Shown one piece after another: positions 12,200 through 24,039 of a stretch of 60,000 nt of DNA. Position 1 is the first letter of the stretch; each line of letters starts with the position of its first letter. The position numbers and the translations under genes are program-made. A model generated the notes under the pieces. That model was not told the origin of the DNA, ran no database searches, and worked only from the letters and a program-made list of their open reading frames with translations. Origin of the DNA: Camelus dromedarius (Eukaryota). The stretch spans positions 44,890,001-44,950,000 of the forward strand of contig NC_087447.1 of assembly GCF_036321535.1 (NCBI RefSeq), written 5' to 3'.

Positions 12200-13075
12200 A
12201 CATACTCAAAAGCAATGTTAACTTATAAAAATGGAGCAAAAGGTCTAGATTTGCCCTCTCACTTGAAACCACAACCAAAGAAACTGGACAAAATATATGA
12301 AACAATGGTTCTGAAGACACCGAACATCAGCCAATGGAGGGTAGGAAACAAATGAGGTCAGTTCTTTTCACTGGAGAAAGATTGTTGCAGCTTTCTGGAG
12401 AGAGATTCCCGGCCATGTAAAAGGAAGGATGAACTGAAGTGTAGACTGACAGTCTTTCTGTGTTGAGGAGAAGGACATGGGAGTCAGGGGAGGCCAAGGC
12501 AGCTAGAGTTCACAAGTCTCTCTTCTTGGAGAAAAGAGAACTGCCTAGAAAGAGGATTCCAAAAATCTATAGAAGGGCCCCCTTAAGTGAGGGAGTATAA
12601 AGCAAACTAACAAACTGATGGGAAACTGCTTGCCGATTCATTCTTTACTGAGAATAACTTTAACCCAGATAATCTCAGAAGGATGGACAGACCCTCCTGA
12701 GTTCCTCCTGAAGATTCATTGAAGTGAAGAGGAATGTAGCACCCTGTAAAACACCCTGGTGTTAACACCTTTTCTGTTCCATCCAGTTTTTCTGTTAAAC
12801 TTCAAGATGCCAACCCCAAGATGGGCTTACAGTCCTAATGGCATGAGTCTGCTGTGACTCCTTTGCCAGGCAAAGCAACGAAACTGTTCTTTTCTCTGCT
12901 CCCAAAACTCTGCCTACGAGTCTGAATTCGCTTTTCGAGGTGCAGAGTGTTTTTCAGTAATATAAGTATTGGGCAGAGTACTGATTGGTGTACGCATGGG
13001 TGGAAACTACCCCCAAATACTTGAGAGAATAAAAACAAAAACAAGAACTCACATAACGACAAAGGGAGCTCAGGA
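12200..13075 (+). mobile_element. Old L1 5' region interrupted by a solo LTR
   Basis: L1M 5'-end-like text (aactggacaaaatatatgaaacaatggtt, agaagggcccccttaag) that resumes after the LTR (tattgggcagagtactgattgg). Confidence 0.6.
12588..12962 (+). mobile_element. ERV1-type solo LTR with 4-bp TSD
   Basis: Begins TGAGGG; U5-like cctttgccaggcaaagcaacgaaactgttcttttct and cccaaaactctg; direct repeat TAAG at 12584-12587 and 12963-12966; terminal CA decayed to TA. Confidence 0.75.
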
Positions 13076-13324
13076 TGGCATTTCAGAGTTCTCTAGTTGA
13101 GGCTTGTGAGTCAGGCCTTTTTCCTCTCTCCTCAACTAGTCATTAGAAGGGGGTCGCCCCAGGGAGGGAGCATTACCTTGGAGGAGGCAAGAGCAATGCA
13201 CCAGAGGAACACAGCTGAATGCCGTTACCATTGTCACTGTTCAGTGTAAGAGAGGAACTCCTGACCAACACAGTAAGTTGAGGAAGGAAGGAGTTTTAGG
13301 ATCAGAATAAAAATGGTTAAATTA

Positions 13325-13470
13325 AAAGGGGAAAGGGCAGGGAGGGATAAATTAGGGGTTGGGGATTAAAAGACACACATTACTATATATAAAATGAATA
13401 AACAACAAGAACCTGCTGTATAGCACAGGGAACTATATTCAATTTCTTACAATAACATATAATAGAAAAA
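13325..13470 (+). mobile_element. Artiodactyl-type L1 3' UTR fragment
   Basis: ggagggataaattagg, aacaacaagaacctgctgtatagcacagggaactatattcaat. Confidence 0.8.
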
Positions 13471-13719
13471 TGGTTAGATTATCATCTTTTTTGTATAATC
13501 ATTAAAAATAATAAACACATCTTTAGAATTAGTTGTATGTTCAGTAAGATGTTCAGATATGAGATAAACTTGAAAAATCAGTAGTTTTCTTTATACCAGC
13601 AAAAATTATCTAAAAATATTAGACATTAACATACCATTTACAGTAGGAAAAATTTTATCAATGTGTAGAAATTGGTATTATAACAAATATACAAGACCTT
13701 TAAGGATACAATTTTTTAA

Positions 13720-14166
13720 AAATTAAAAAAATTTTAAATTTCACTATAGTTGATTTACAATATTGTGTTAGTTTCAGGTGCAAAGCTTCATATTCTTTTC
13801 TATTATAGGTTATTACAAGGTATCAAATATGGTTTCCTGTGCTATACAGTAAATCCTTGCTGTTTATTTTATATATATTGGTATGTATCTGTTAATCTCA
13901 TACTCCTAATTGATCCCCCCATCCTCTTTTCCCTTTAGTAACCGTAAGTTTGTTTTCTATATCTGTGAGTTTGTTTCTTTTTTGTAAATATATTGTTTTC
14001 ATATCCCACATTTAAGTGATATTATATAGTGTTTGTCTTTCTCTGACTTACTTCACTTACTATGATAATCTCTAGGTCCATCCATGTTGCTGCAAATGGC
14101 ATTATTTCATTCTTTTTTATGGCTGAGTAAAATTCCAATATATATATGGATATCTGTATCTATCTG

Positions 14167-14215
<49 letters not shown>

Positions 14216-14295
14216 CACATCTTCTTTATCCAGTCATCTTAGGTTGCTTCCAAGTTTTGACTATTGTGAGTAGTGCTGCTACAAACATTGGTATG
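13720..14295 (-). mobile_element. Artiodactyl-type L1 3' end, inserted in an older L1 ORF2 remnant; contains (TCTA)n at ~14150-14215
   Basis: gttgatttacaatattgtgttagtttcagg, tctctaggtccatccatgttgctgcaaatggcattatttcattcttttttatggctgagta; flanks ~13560-13715 and ~14330-14640 read as degenerate + strand ORF2. Confidence 0.8.
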
Positions 14296-16339
14296 CAAAA
14301 ATATAATTATAATAACGTGTTCAAGGTATTTAAGTGAAGATCTGATTAAATGTAGAGATAAATAATGTACCTGGAAAGGATACGTAAATGTTTTAAAGAT
14401 ATCAGTTCTCCCCAAATTAATCAATAAATTCAGTGTAATTTCAAGAAGCACTCCCTCAAGACTTTCAGTGGAATGCTTGTTACAGTTATTCTAAAATGTA
14501 TATGGAAAGTGAAAGTTTCATTAAATGGAAGAGTTTTAAAAATGATTCAAGTCACACCTTAGCAGATAGTGAAACATACTACAAATTCATAGTATATAAA
14601 ATGGTTTTACCTAGTGTAAAGACAGGGGATATAATAGTTTCTAGTGGACTCATGTACATGTTAAGCTGATATGGGATAATACCATTTGCATATATATATA
14701 TATATGCACACACACATATAAAATCTTAATATACACATTAAAATACTGGGAAAAATACATAACAGACTGTTTATGCCAGCTATTACTATTGGGCAAGATT
14801 TTGCCGGACTTTAAATGGAATACAATTCATATAATTCAAATGTTAGAATGTCAATGTATTATTTTATAATTGGAGGAAAAATTAAAAATTACTATTGATT
14901 GGGCTGTATTGTTCAGGGTGAGAATTCAAGGGATGAATATTGAATTGGTGAGAAAAACGTATCAGTGTTTATAAATACAAAACGAATGTAAGAAATCAGT
15001 GAATTCAGAGAGACATTTAAAGGTGATCAGTTAGGAACTTGTGGGAAACTGTAAAAGTAAGAATGGGAGGAGCGGGAACTCGAAAGCAGCCCTTTCTCTT
15101 TTTATTGGCATGATTGTAGCATCCTTTCTGAAATTTGAATTTTGGCCATCAGTCTGTTCCGGTGCTATCTCTGCCCAGCCCTATTGTGTTCCAGATGCAT
15201 GGCTCCCAGCACAAGAGAATAGAGCTGTGTTAAATTCCCAGCAGAAACAGCTCATGCCCTGCTTGCCCACTGAGTTGTTATCTCTTTCTTTTCCTCATTG
15301 TCTCTATTACTGATGGACTCAGTCCTCCTGAGCAATATAAAGTGACAGGAAGGTCCATACAAGCAGCAGACTGCTACAATTACACCAATCCCGGACAGAT
15401 TTGTAAAGGACACTAGGATAAGTGTCTGCTCATTGTCAAATGCAACGTAGCTCCCAGGCAATTGTGCATCTGATCAGACAACAAGGAAATTAAATGAATT
15501 ATTTATTGCCTAACTAAATTATTTGTCTAAAATCAGTGGGAGATACTACAGGTTAAAAATTCACATCTCAAATTATTTCTCTATTGAACATATTGTTTGC
15601 CTGAAGTCTAAACTTTCCCAAACTTTCTCAGATTTATCCTTAATTTAAGAAATTATACCATATGTATCCCTCCTATAGTTATCAATTACTTCATTTACAT
15701 GCATTTATTTTTCATCAGAATGTCATTTGCCTATAGTGGGCATCCCATGGCTGGGAAAACTGGAAATGGTTGAAAACTTAGTTCAGCCTGTGCTCAAAAC
15801 TTAACCTTTCTTATTTAAGCTCCCAGTTTTTGACTTATCTCATTTTTGTGGTTGATACACCTCTAAAACTTAGATTTGAAAAATTCTACGTTCTGATCAT
15901 CACTTTCTAACTTCAGGCTTAAATTTTTAACTACCCTTAGTACAGTCACAATTGTTGGACATCAAGATGACCAAGCCATTGAAAGAATCCCCTTCTTCTA
16001 TTATTCCTCCCTCTCTTATCTTGACCTTATTCCTTGTCAAGCTTAGAGTCTATGGCTTGTCATTGAATTATGCTCTTGGAAATGGTCTAACCTCCTTTGT
16101 TCCTTCCTTCTACTGAAGTTGCTTGGAAAAACCCAAACTCTGCTTAAATTTAAATATGTCTCCTCTGTGAAAAATTGAAGCTTTATAGAAAGAAAAAAAT
16201 CCATAAATAAGCATATTGATTGCACATTAAATTTATCATCACAAGCTTCGAATGTAAACTCAACAATACCCAGAAATCTGTATGATGCTGTTACAGTAAA
16301 TGAGTCCATGTCCACCAGGTTATCAGGGACAGAATCCTA

Positions 16340-16540
16340 AGAATTCTATTTGATTTCTACATTGACTACCTCATTTCTAATTCATCAGTCTATTTACTTG
16401 ACTTTTCTTCCAAAGTTTGTCCCCTTAAATTCATTTTCTCTGCCACCAATCTGGTCCAGGCCACCATCTCTTGCCTGGACCAAGTAATAGCCTCCTGACT
16501 ATTGTGCTTTTGTGCTTCTACTCTTGTTTTTCTTCCCATT
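16340..16540 (+). mobile_element. L2 LINE fragment
   Basis: ggtccaggccaccatctcttgcctggaccaagtaatagcctcctgact is typical L2 3' text. Confidence 0.6.
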
Positions 16541-17189
16541 TACACCTCTCTTCATTAAGGCCTTTTTAATCCAACTTATCTAAAGTAATTCTTCCACAGT
16601 AATGCTCTAGGATGGCTTATGCCAGGATTTGGTATATTTTCTTTATATAATTACCAAAGCTGTCTGCATCTTATGATTAAATGAATAAAATTAAAAACAT
16701 AGTTAATTAAAAAATAGAAAATATTTGCACATAGTTCAAAATTTTTAAAGTTAGATAAAAGTATTCAGTAAAAGTAATTCATTCTCTATATCAGTATTAT
16801 TTCTGACAGCATATAATGGAAAACCTAAGTAACGATGGCTTAAACAAATTAGAAAATATTTTGCCTTCCATGTAGAAGAGTTTCAGAGGTGCACATTCAG
16901 GGCTGAAACCAGAGATTCACTAGTGTCTCCATTTCTGCTTTACTATGCTTAGAATCTGACTTTCATCCTCAGTGTTGCTGATAGTTTACGCTGGTTGCCA
17001 GAAATTCAGGTACCAATCCTTTGCCTGTTCCAAGAGGAAGGAGGGAGGGCAAATGACCATTTCTCAGCTGAGTTCACATTAAAGAGTTATCTTGGAAACT
17101 TTGCCAAATAACATCTACTAACATTGGAACCTGAGAGATACAGTATTTTGGCAGTATGCATGGATATTTAAGTAAAATAATGTTTAAAA

Positions 17190-17490
17190 ATTTTTTTTTA
17201 TTGAAGTGTAGTTGATTTACAATGTTAGTTTCAGGTGTACAGCAAAGTGATTCAGTTATATACATATATGTGCATATATATACTTTCTTTTCAGATTCTT
17301 TTCCATTGTATGTTATTACAAGAAATTGAATATAGTTCCCTGTGCTATACAGTAGGTCCTTGCTTATCCATTTCATATTTAGTAATGTGTGTCAATCCTC
17401 AACCCCTAATTTATCCCTCCCTACCCTTTCCACTTTGGTAACCATAGTTTGTTTTCTGTGTCTGTGAGTTTTTTTTTTTTTTTTGTAAAC
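17190..17490 (-). mobile_element. Artiodactyl-type L1 3' end
   Basis: Poly-T, then ttgaagtgtagttgatttacaatgttagtttcaggtgtacagcaaagtgattcagttata and tatagttccctgtgctatacagtaggtcc. Confidence 0.85.
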
Positions 17491-17725
17491 AGAAATGATA
17501 CAAATTCTATTTACAAAATAATAGCTCTTTTTTACCAAGGAAGAAAGGTGCATTGGGTAAACACCCAGCAGTCTCACACACATATATATACTTATTTGTA
17601 TGTATTCTTGGTATAGCATTACAAAATTATTTTGTATAGCATTCTATGTACTCTTTTTGCCTCTTGCTTCTTTGCTAAACAATGTATCTTAAAAATTATT
17701 CAAATAAGTACATTTAAAGATGCTT

Positions 17726-17820
17726 TTCCCTTTTATTTTAATGGAGGTACTGGGGATTGAACCCAGGACCCCGTGAGTGCTAAGCATGCACTCTACCACT
17801 GAGCTCTACCCCTGCCCCCT
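17726..17820 (-). mobile_element. Short tRNA-derived SINE of camelid type (vic-1-like) with TSD
   Basis: Reverse strand has A box GAGCTCAGTGG and B box GGTTCAATCC (17754-17763), then an A-rich tail; direct repeat GATGCTT at 17719-17725 and 17821-17827. Confidence 0.88.
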
Positions 17821-19471
17821 GATGCTTATTTTCTTTGAACAACCACATAATTAGAATGAACTCTTGGTGAGGGCAGGGGCCACATTAGCCTTACTTACCA
17901 TTGTGTACAGTATCGAATACAGTTTGTGGAGCACAGTAGGTAGTTAGTATCTATTTAATGAATAGGTCACAGAAATAGCAGATTCCAGAGCTATGGTTCA
18001 AATCTTCTTTTGATTTAAATGATTTTATTTCTATGATCTTATCCACAACCTTGGTATGTTAAGTTAGACTGACAGATTTCTTTATGTTGAACTCTCTTTG
18101 CATTCTGTAGGGGGTAAATATGTTTATTAGTTAAACAAATCTTAACGGTTTTCTGAACTTGATTTGCTAAGATTTTGTTTAGGATTTTAATACCTGTAGT
18201 TGCATTCATCAGAGTAGTGGAGACAGGAGAGAAGGATCATTTAGAACACAGACATTGGAATCTGATCAATGTGGTTATGAATATAGGCTAACCGTGTGAC
18301 TTTGGGCAAGGCTCCATCTATCTACCTGTCCCATACATAGGAGGGGTGAGCTCCAGAGAGTTGCTTATTCATATCTAAGATGATTCAATGAGGAAAAATA
18401 TATAAGAACTTAAGTAGTTTAGGTCACTCAGCATACAAAATGTTGACATTATTGTAATAAAGGCTATCTAGTCTCTTTTCCTACATTTTCTACCATGTTT
18501 GTGTGTCAGGCTTATGCATCAGATCCCTGGATTCTGCCTTCTAGGCAAGTTCTTACCTCTGTTTCAAGCCACTCAGTCCTTCACATCCCAAATCTCTACC
18601 TACAGGAACACCGTAAGACACAATTCCCAAAGGTCTCAGCTCTTTACTCACTGAGTCTTTGCTTCCCAAGCCACCTTTTCCCATCAGGGTCTAAGAAGGA
18701 GGGTAGGAGACAAAAAGGAGCTCATAAAACTCACAAGATTTATTTAGCAAAGTCCCAGCAAGGTTGCTACTACAGCTGGTACATCATAAAGGACTCATCC
18801 TTTCATGTCTTCTGTAAGTTCCAGGGCCAAGGGAGGATAGTGCAGGCTGTGCTGGATCTAGATAGGAAGAATGACAAGGCAGGCAGGGATCCTATTCTAA
18901 CAGGCAACCTCCAGTAAACAGGAAGAAAAAGGCAATGACGAGGTGGGAGGGGTGGTGACTCTGGATGCATTAACATGTCTGTAAGGAGCCTCCTAGTTTC
19001 TCTTTCTTCCTTCTGCCTTCCTAGGAGACTTGCTTGGTTAGGAGACTTAGTGCAAGAAGAGAACTGGGCTTCATCTTGCCTGACCAAGAAAGAAAGGTCT
19101 ATAAATCCTACAATGGGATAACAGGTGTAGGGATGCTGAGTTTAGTATGTCACTGGACACCTGGCACATGGGTTCAGGGAAAATATGGATGGAGAAGCTC
19201 CCCCTAACTCTGTCCCAGTAGAGCAGTTTAAACTGCAGATAGATAGCTTTCTTTAGACTGATAGAAATCTTTCTTTTGTATTTAACCAAACTCAGTTTCT
19301 CTGTGATTTTTCTCTGATGGCCCTAGTTCTGACTTTTTAACCCAAGCTAGCCACTCATGTATCCTGAAGTTATCACTGATCTCCTTGTGTTCTGCAGGCT
19401 ACACATCTATATTTTGTAACAATGATGGCACCCTTTCCCCCTCAAAAATGGGATCAACACTTTTTTTTAAA

Positions 19472-20420
19472 TCACATGTTCATTGTAGCATTATTCACAA
19501 TAACCAAGAGGAACTGCTGACATAAAACAATTAAACTGCCAGATTTTCCTCTAGCAAAATTGGGTTTATTTGGGATCCGCACAGAATTGCAACTTGGGGT
19601 CTGTAGCCATGGTGAGCCACAGGCAATTCCTGAATGGTGAGGGAAGGAGAATTCTCTTATAGAGGAGAAAAGGAAGTTAGGATGGTTATAGTATACAAAG
19701 AATCTGTGGTTTTTCACTGGCTGAGCCCTTTTCACGAAAGGAATCTTTCATCTTCCTGTTGTGCTGTGCTATTGTCTTAGGGTGTGAGAGGTCCCTCTTC
19801 TGGTCTACCAACTCTATGTAATTGAGGTTTCTGTTTATTAGTAAGTAATTTTACAGAACTAGCCTGTGTCCATCAACAAATGAATGGATCAAGAAGATGT
19901 GGTATATATATGCTATGGAATATTATTCAGCTGTGAGAAAGAACAATATCCTGCCATTTGAGACACATGGATGGAACTTGAGGGCATTGTGCTAAGTGAA
20001 ATAAGTGAGGAGGAGAAAGACAAATACTGTATAATTTCACTTACACGTGGGAATCTTGGACAAAACAAAACAAACTCAGAAACAGAAAACAGACTGGCCC
20101 TTGCTGGAGGCGAGGGAGGGGTGGAGGGAAGGGGAAATTGGTGAAGGGAGTCAAAAGATGCAAACTTTCAAATGTAAAATAAATAAATTCTAGGGTGTAA
20201 TGTACAGCATGATGACTATAGTTAACAATGCTGTATTGTGTATTTGAAGGTTGCTAAGAGAGTAGATCTTAAAAATTCTAATCACAAGGAAAAAATTCTG
20301 ACTATATGAGGTGAAGAATGTGAAACATTATCATTTCACAATATACATATCTCAAGTCATTAAGTTGTACACTTTAATATAATGTTATATAAAATAAATG
20401 CATAATAAAATTAGTAAAGT
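19472..20420 (+). mobile_element. L1MA-like 3' end split by a solo LTR
   Basis: atgttcattgtagcattattcacaataaccaag | LTR | gtgtccatcaacaaatgaatggat, tgtaatgtacagcatgatgactatagttaacaat, gttgctaagagagtagatcttaaa. Confidence 0.85.
19515..19855 (-). mobile_element. ERV1-type solo LTR, 341 bp, perfect 4-bp TSD
   Basis: TG...CA termini; GAAC at 19511-19514 and 19856-19859; AATAAA on the minus strand (tttatt ~19565-19570) near its 3' end. Confidence 0.85.
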
Positions 20421-20689
20421 GATTTTGAAAGAGTTATGGTACTACCTAGAGCAAGAACATATCTCTTTATAACAACCATATTGGGACTTGTTTATAAGTT
20501 GATGATCCTTCTATGATTCAAGCATTATAGATTACATCCTACCTGCCATAAACTTCTGGGCATCAAATTAATATTTATAATGTGTCTGCTAAGTGCCAGA
20601 CACCAAGCTTGAGTTGGGAATATGAGAAGCTTGAGATGTAACTCAAGGATTTTTGTAACTTACCAGGTTATGCTGTCTCATAGCCAAAG

Positions 20690-20900
20690 TTGCGACCAGT
20701 GGTTTGTGGAAAGAGTTCAGGCTTCAGGAACCCAAGAGACATGGACTTATCCAGGCTCAATTTCTGTGACCTTGGGCGCCATTTTACTTCTCTGAGTTTC
20801 AGTTTCTTTAGGGGGCAACAGAAAAACCTTGCACAGCAAATGTATAGATAAAATAAGAATGCATGTAAAGTGTATGGCATGTGGTAGGTAGTCATTTAAT
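20690..20900 (+). mobile_element. MIR SINE
   Basis: ctgtgaccttgggcgccattttacttctctgagtttcagtttctt, aatgcatgtaaagtgtatggcatgtggtagg. Confidence 0.7.
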
Positions 20901-21109
20901 AGTAACTCAATGGAAAGGAGAGATTAGAGGGGATGAAAGAAAAAGAGAGAGCTCAGCCTCCTCAATTCTTTGACCCTTGATGAGACGAAAGTTATAAAAT
21001 GTGATATATAGACCCTAAAGAAGGTTCAGCACTTCAAAAATGTATGCATGCAATAGCATTTAACCCCCCAAAATGCAGAGAAGAATGACTTATCTAGTGC
21101 CAAAGAAAG

Positions 21110-21290
21110 ATATCCTAAAAAATGTTCCCATCACAAGAAAAAAAAGGTAACTATGTGAGTTGGTGGATGTTAACCCAACATATTGTAATAATCATTTTAC
21201 AATATACACATATCACATCATTATGTGTACACTTTAATACAATGTTATGTGTCAATTATATCTCAATAAAACTAGAAAAAATAAAAATAA
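21110..21290 (+). mobile_element. Short L1MA-like 3' terminus
   Basis: atcacaagaaaaaaaaggtaactatgtgag, tacaatgttatgtgtcaattatatctcaataaaactagaaaaa. Confidence 0.75.
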
Positions 21291-22528
21291 AATGACACAC
21301 ACAAGGAAAGAATACTATAGAAAGATTACATTTTGATCAGATCATTCCACAAACATATGTTTCAATACAAAAGAAAGTAGAATAGACCAAATTGGGAAAT
21401 GTATTCAAGTGAATAAAAATGATGGATTTGAAACTCTTAATTTTCATCCTCAAAAGAGACAAGTTGCTGTTGTAAAGTAATCCTTGAAAATATTGGAAAA
21501 TGTGTGGCATCATTAAAAAGGGGATTGCAAAATAATGGAACACACTTATCCATGAAAATCAAACCCTACACCTTCCATGCCTGGAAAATTGTTGACAACT
21601 GTACCAGCCACAGCTCAGGATAGAGGCTGAAGCAAACAGGGCAATAAAGGGAATGAATAGGGCAGGTGATTTGTGACTAGGATGGGAAGGTCAGAGTTGG
21701 ATACAGATGGTGCCTGAAATTTGATTGAAAATTCTAAGTTCCTTACAGGCAGGTAAGATGGAATAAAGTGAAGATTATAAAGTCATGAAGATGAAGATAG
21801 TGAAGAAAAGAACATACAATAGTTCAAACAATACAACTTCTTCCCCTGCAACCCCCACCCCTAAAATGTTGTCATTCTCCTTTATAGATAACTGAAGAAA
21901 GAATTTTAGCAGAAAGATGGAAAAATGGGAAATGCTGCTGCGCCCAAAGATGCTGCATACACACAAAATCTTAAGGGGGTCTGAGAGGATCTGAGGAGCC
22001 AGAAGATGGCATGTCTGCCACAGGTGCTAGAGAGAAGAGTCAAGGATGCTCAGGATCCCAAGATGCAAAGTTCTGGACTAAATGTCTAATCTTCAACGCA
22101 GTCAAACTTTTACAACAGAAAAGTCATATAAGGGTGCACTAGGCTAAATTGAGACAGGAGAGGCATCTAAGTCCTTCTTAAATCAGGAGACAGGCAGATC
22201 TTTTTAAGGTTATTATGTATATTTTGTTTCTTTAGTGTTTCAAACACTCCTACTCTAATCCAGCTCCATTTGACTGAGACTTGGCAAGACTTTGGTTAAA
22301 GGATTTGGTAAGGGGAAATACCCAAGTAACCACAGAATCCCGGAAAGGGAGGTTTCCTTTGAAGCAAAAGGAAACAAAGATTCACAGAAGAATGTTTTCA
22401 TTGTTTTAGATATTAAGAAAAAGGAAAACAATAACTTTCCAGGGTTAAAAAGTGAAAAATTTCCAATATACAAAAAATTCCTGACTTTCATTAACAATTC
22501 CAAAAGTAGATCTGATCCTTTTTACCTC

Positions 22529-23470
22529 CTACAACCTCCTCAGTAGCTTCTGGATTCCCTGCTTGATCTCCTTGGTTCTCACACCATAAACAATGGGGTT
22601 CAGAGCTGGGGGGATGAGGTGGTGCAGGATGTTGAGCAGGATGGGGACATCTGGGAGAATTCTCTTCCTGGCCAAGTTAGTGATGGCCAGAACCAGCAGG
22701 ACTGTGCTGAAGAAGAGGATGAGGATGAAGTGGGAGCTACAGGTGCTCAGGGCCTTGGCCGCAGCACCTTCAGCTTTGATCCTCAGCACAGCTTTCAGAA
22801 TAAAGGAGTAGGAAAGAACAATAAGGATGAGGTCAGAGCCCAGTAGGGTCCAGCCGGCCACAAACTGGTAGAGCCGATTGAAGGTGATGTCGTCACAGGA
22901 GAGCTTGGACACAGAAAGGTTAGTGCAGATGCAGTTCTTGATGATGTTCTCTGCACAGTATCTGAGCCTGGCAGAAAGGATTGGAACAGGAAGAAAAAAG
23001 AGGCCATTCCGGGCCACAACAAACATGGCTGCCTTAGCTACAAATTGATCAGTGATGATGGATGGGTACCTCAGTGGGTGGCAGATGGCCACATAGCGGT
23101 CATAGGCCATGACCATGAATGTGCAGGACTCCATGGCAAGGAAGCAATTCATGATGAACATCTGGAGGAAGCAGGCTGAGAAGTTGATGGACCTGAGGTT
23201 AAACCAGAAGATGGCCAGGACCTTGGGGATGACGGTGAGACAGAGCACCATGTCCAGCAGGGAGAGGAGGCTGAGCAGGTAGTACATGGGCTCGTGCAGA
23301 GAGGCCTCCAACCGGATGGTGATCAGGAGGGTGGCATTGGCCCCCATGGCCAGGAGGAAGAGGAGGGTGAGGGGCAGGGACAGCCAGTGCTGCCAACTCT
23401 GGTAGTTAGGGAAGCAAATGAGGAGGAATTCGGAGACTGGAGCAGAGGAGTAGTTGCTGGGTGATGCCAT
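22529..23470 (-). CDS. OR56A4: Class I olfactory receptor, family 56A (OR56A4-like), 313 aa, intact
   Basis: ATG 23470-23468 to TAG 22531-22529 uninterrupted. Motifs: NYS, LHEPMYYLL, MAYDRYVAICHPLRY, KNCICTNLSVSKLSCDDITFN, KALSTCSSH, PPALNPIVYGVRT. Acceptor ttttcAG at 23491-23490. C-terminal half fits human OR56A4 as recalled. Confidence 0.93.
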   Translation of the reverse strand: MASPSNYSSAPVSEFLLICFPNYQSWQHWLSLPLTLLFLLAMGANATLLITIRLEASLHEPMYYLLSLLSLLDMVLCLTVIPKVLAIFWFNLRSINFSACFLQMFIMNCFLAMESCTFMVMAYDRYVAICHPLRYPSIITDQFVAKAAMFVVARNGLFFLPVPILSARLRYCAENIIKNCICTNLSVSKLSCDDITFNRLYQFVAGWTLLGSDLILIVLSYSFILKAVLRIKAEGAAAKALSTCSSHFILILFFSTVLLVLAITNLARKRILPDVPILLNILHHLIPPALNPIVYGVRTKEIKQGIQKLLRRL

Positions 23471-24039
23471 GTAAAGTATTCTAATCACGCTGAAAATCCA
23501 GAGTCCTTAAAATGTGGAACAGATTATATCACCACGGACAGTATGTGTAATAGATGTAGTAGAACTTGGATTTCCACTGAGGCTTTTAACTTGTCCCAAT
23601 GATGTTTTCAAATCATCATCATCATCACTAATCATTGTTGACATTTAACTGAACACTTTTCATGTGCTGGGCACTATGCTGAATATTTCATATTCATTAT
23701 CTCACTTTCTCCTTTTAAAAACACTGAAGAGTAAATAATATTATTATCATATTTTCACAGATAATGAAAGGGAACAGGCAAAGTGGGTCTGAGTAGTTTG
23801 ATCAAAATTAGAGAGCCCCTTTATTGTATTAATTTCACAACTTAGTCAGGGATTTCTAAAGAAGATAGAACATTTCAAAGATGCAAAATGGACCATAATT
23901 CTCTCATAAGGGACATCTTTAAGGATTAGAACTACTTGTCTTTAAGAAAAGTATTCAAAATAGTTGAGGTTCACAAAAGGTAGAAAAGACAGTAGCTAGT
24001 GAATGTTTGAGGCATATGAACCTAAATAGGAGTACATTT

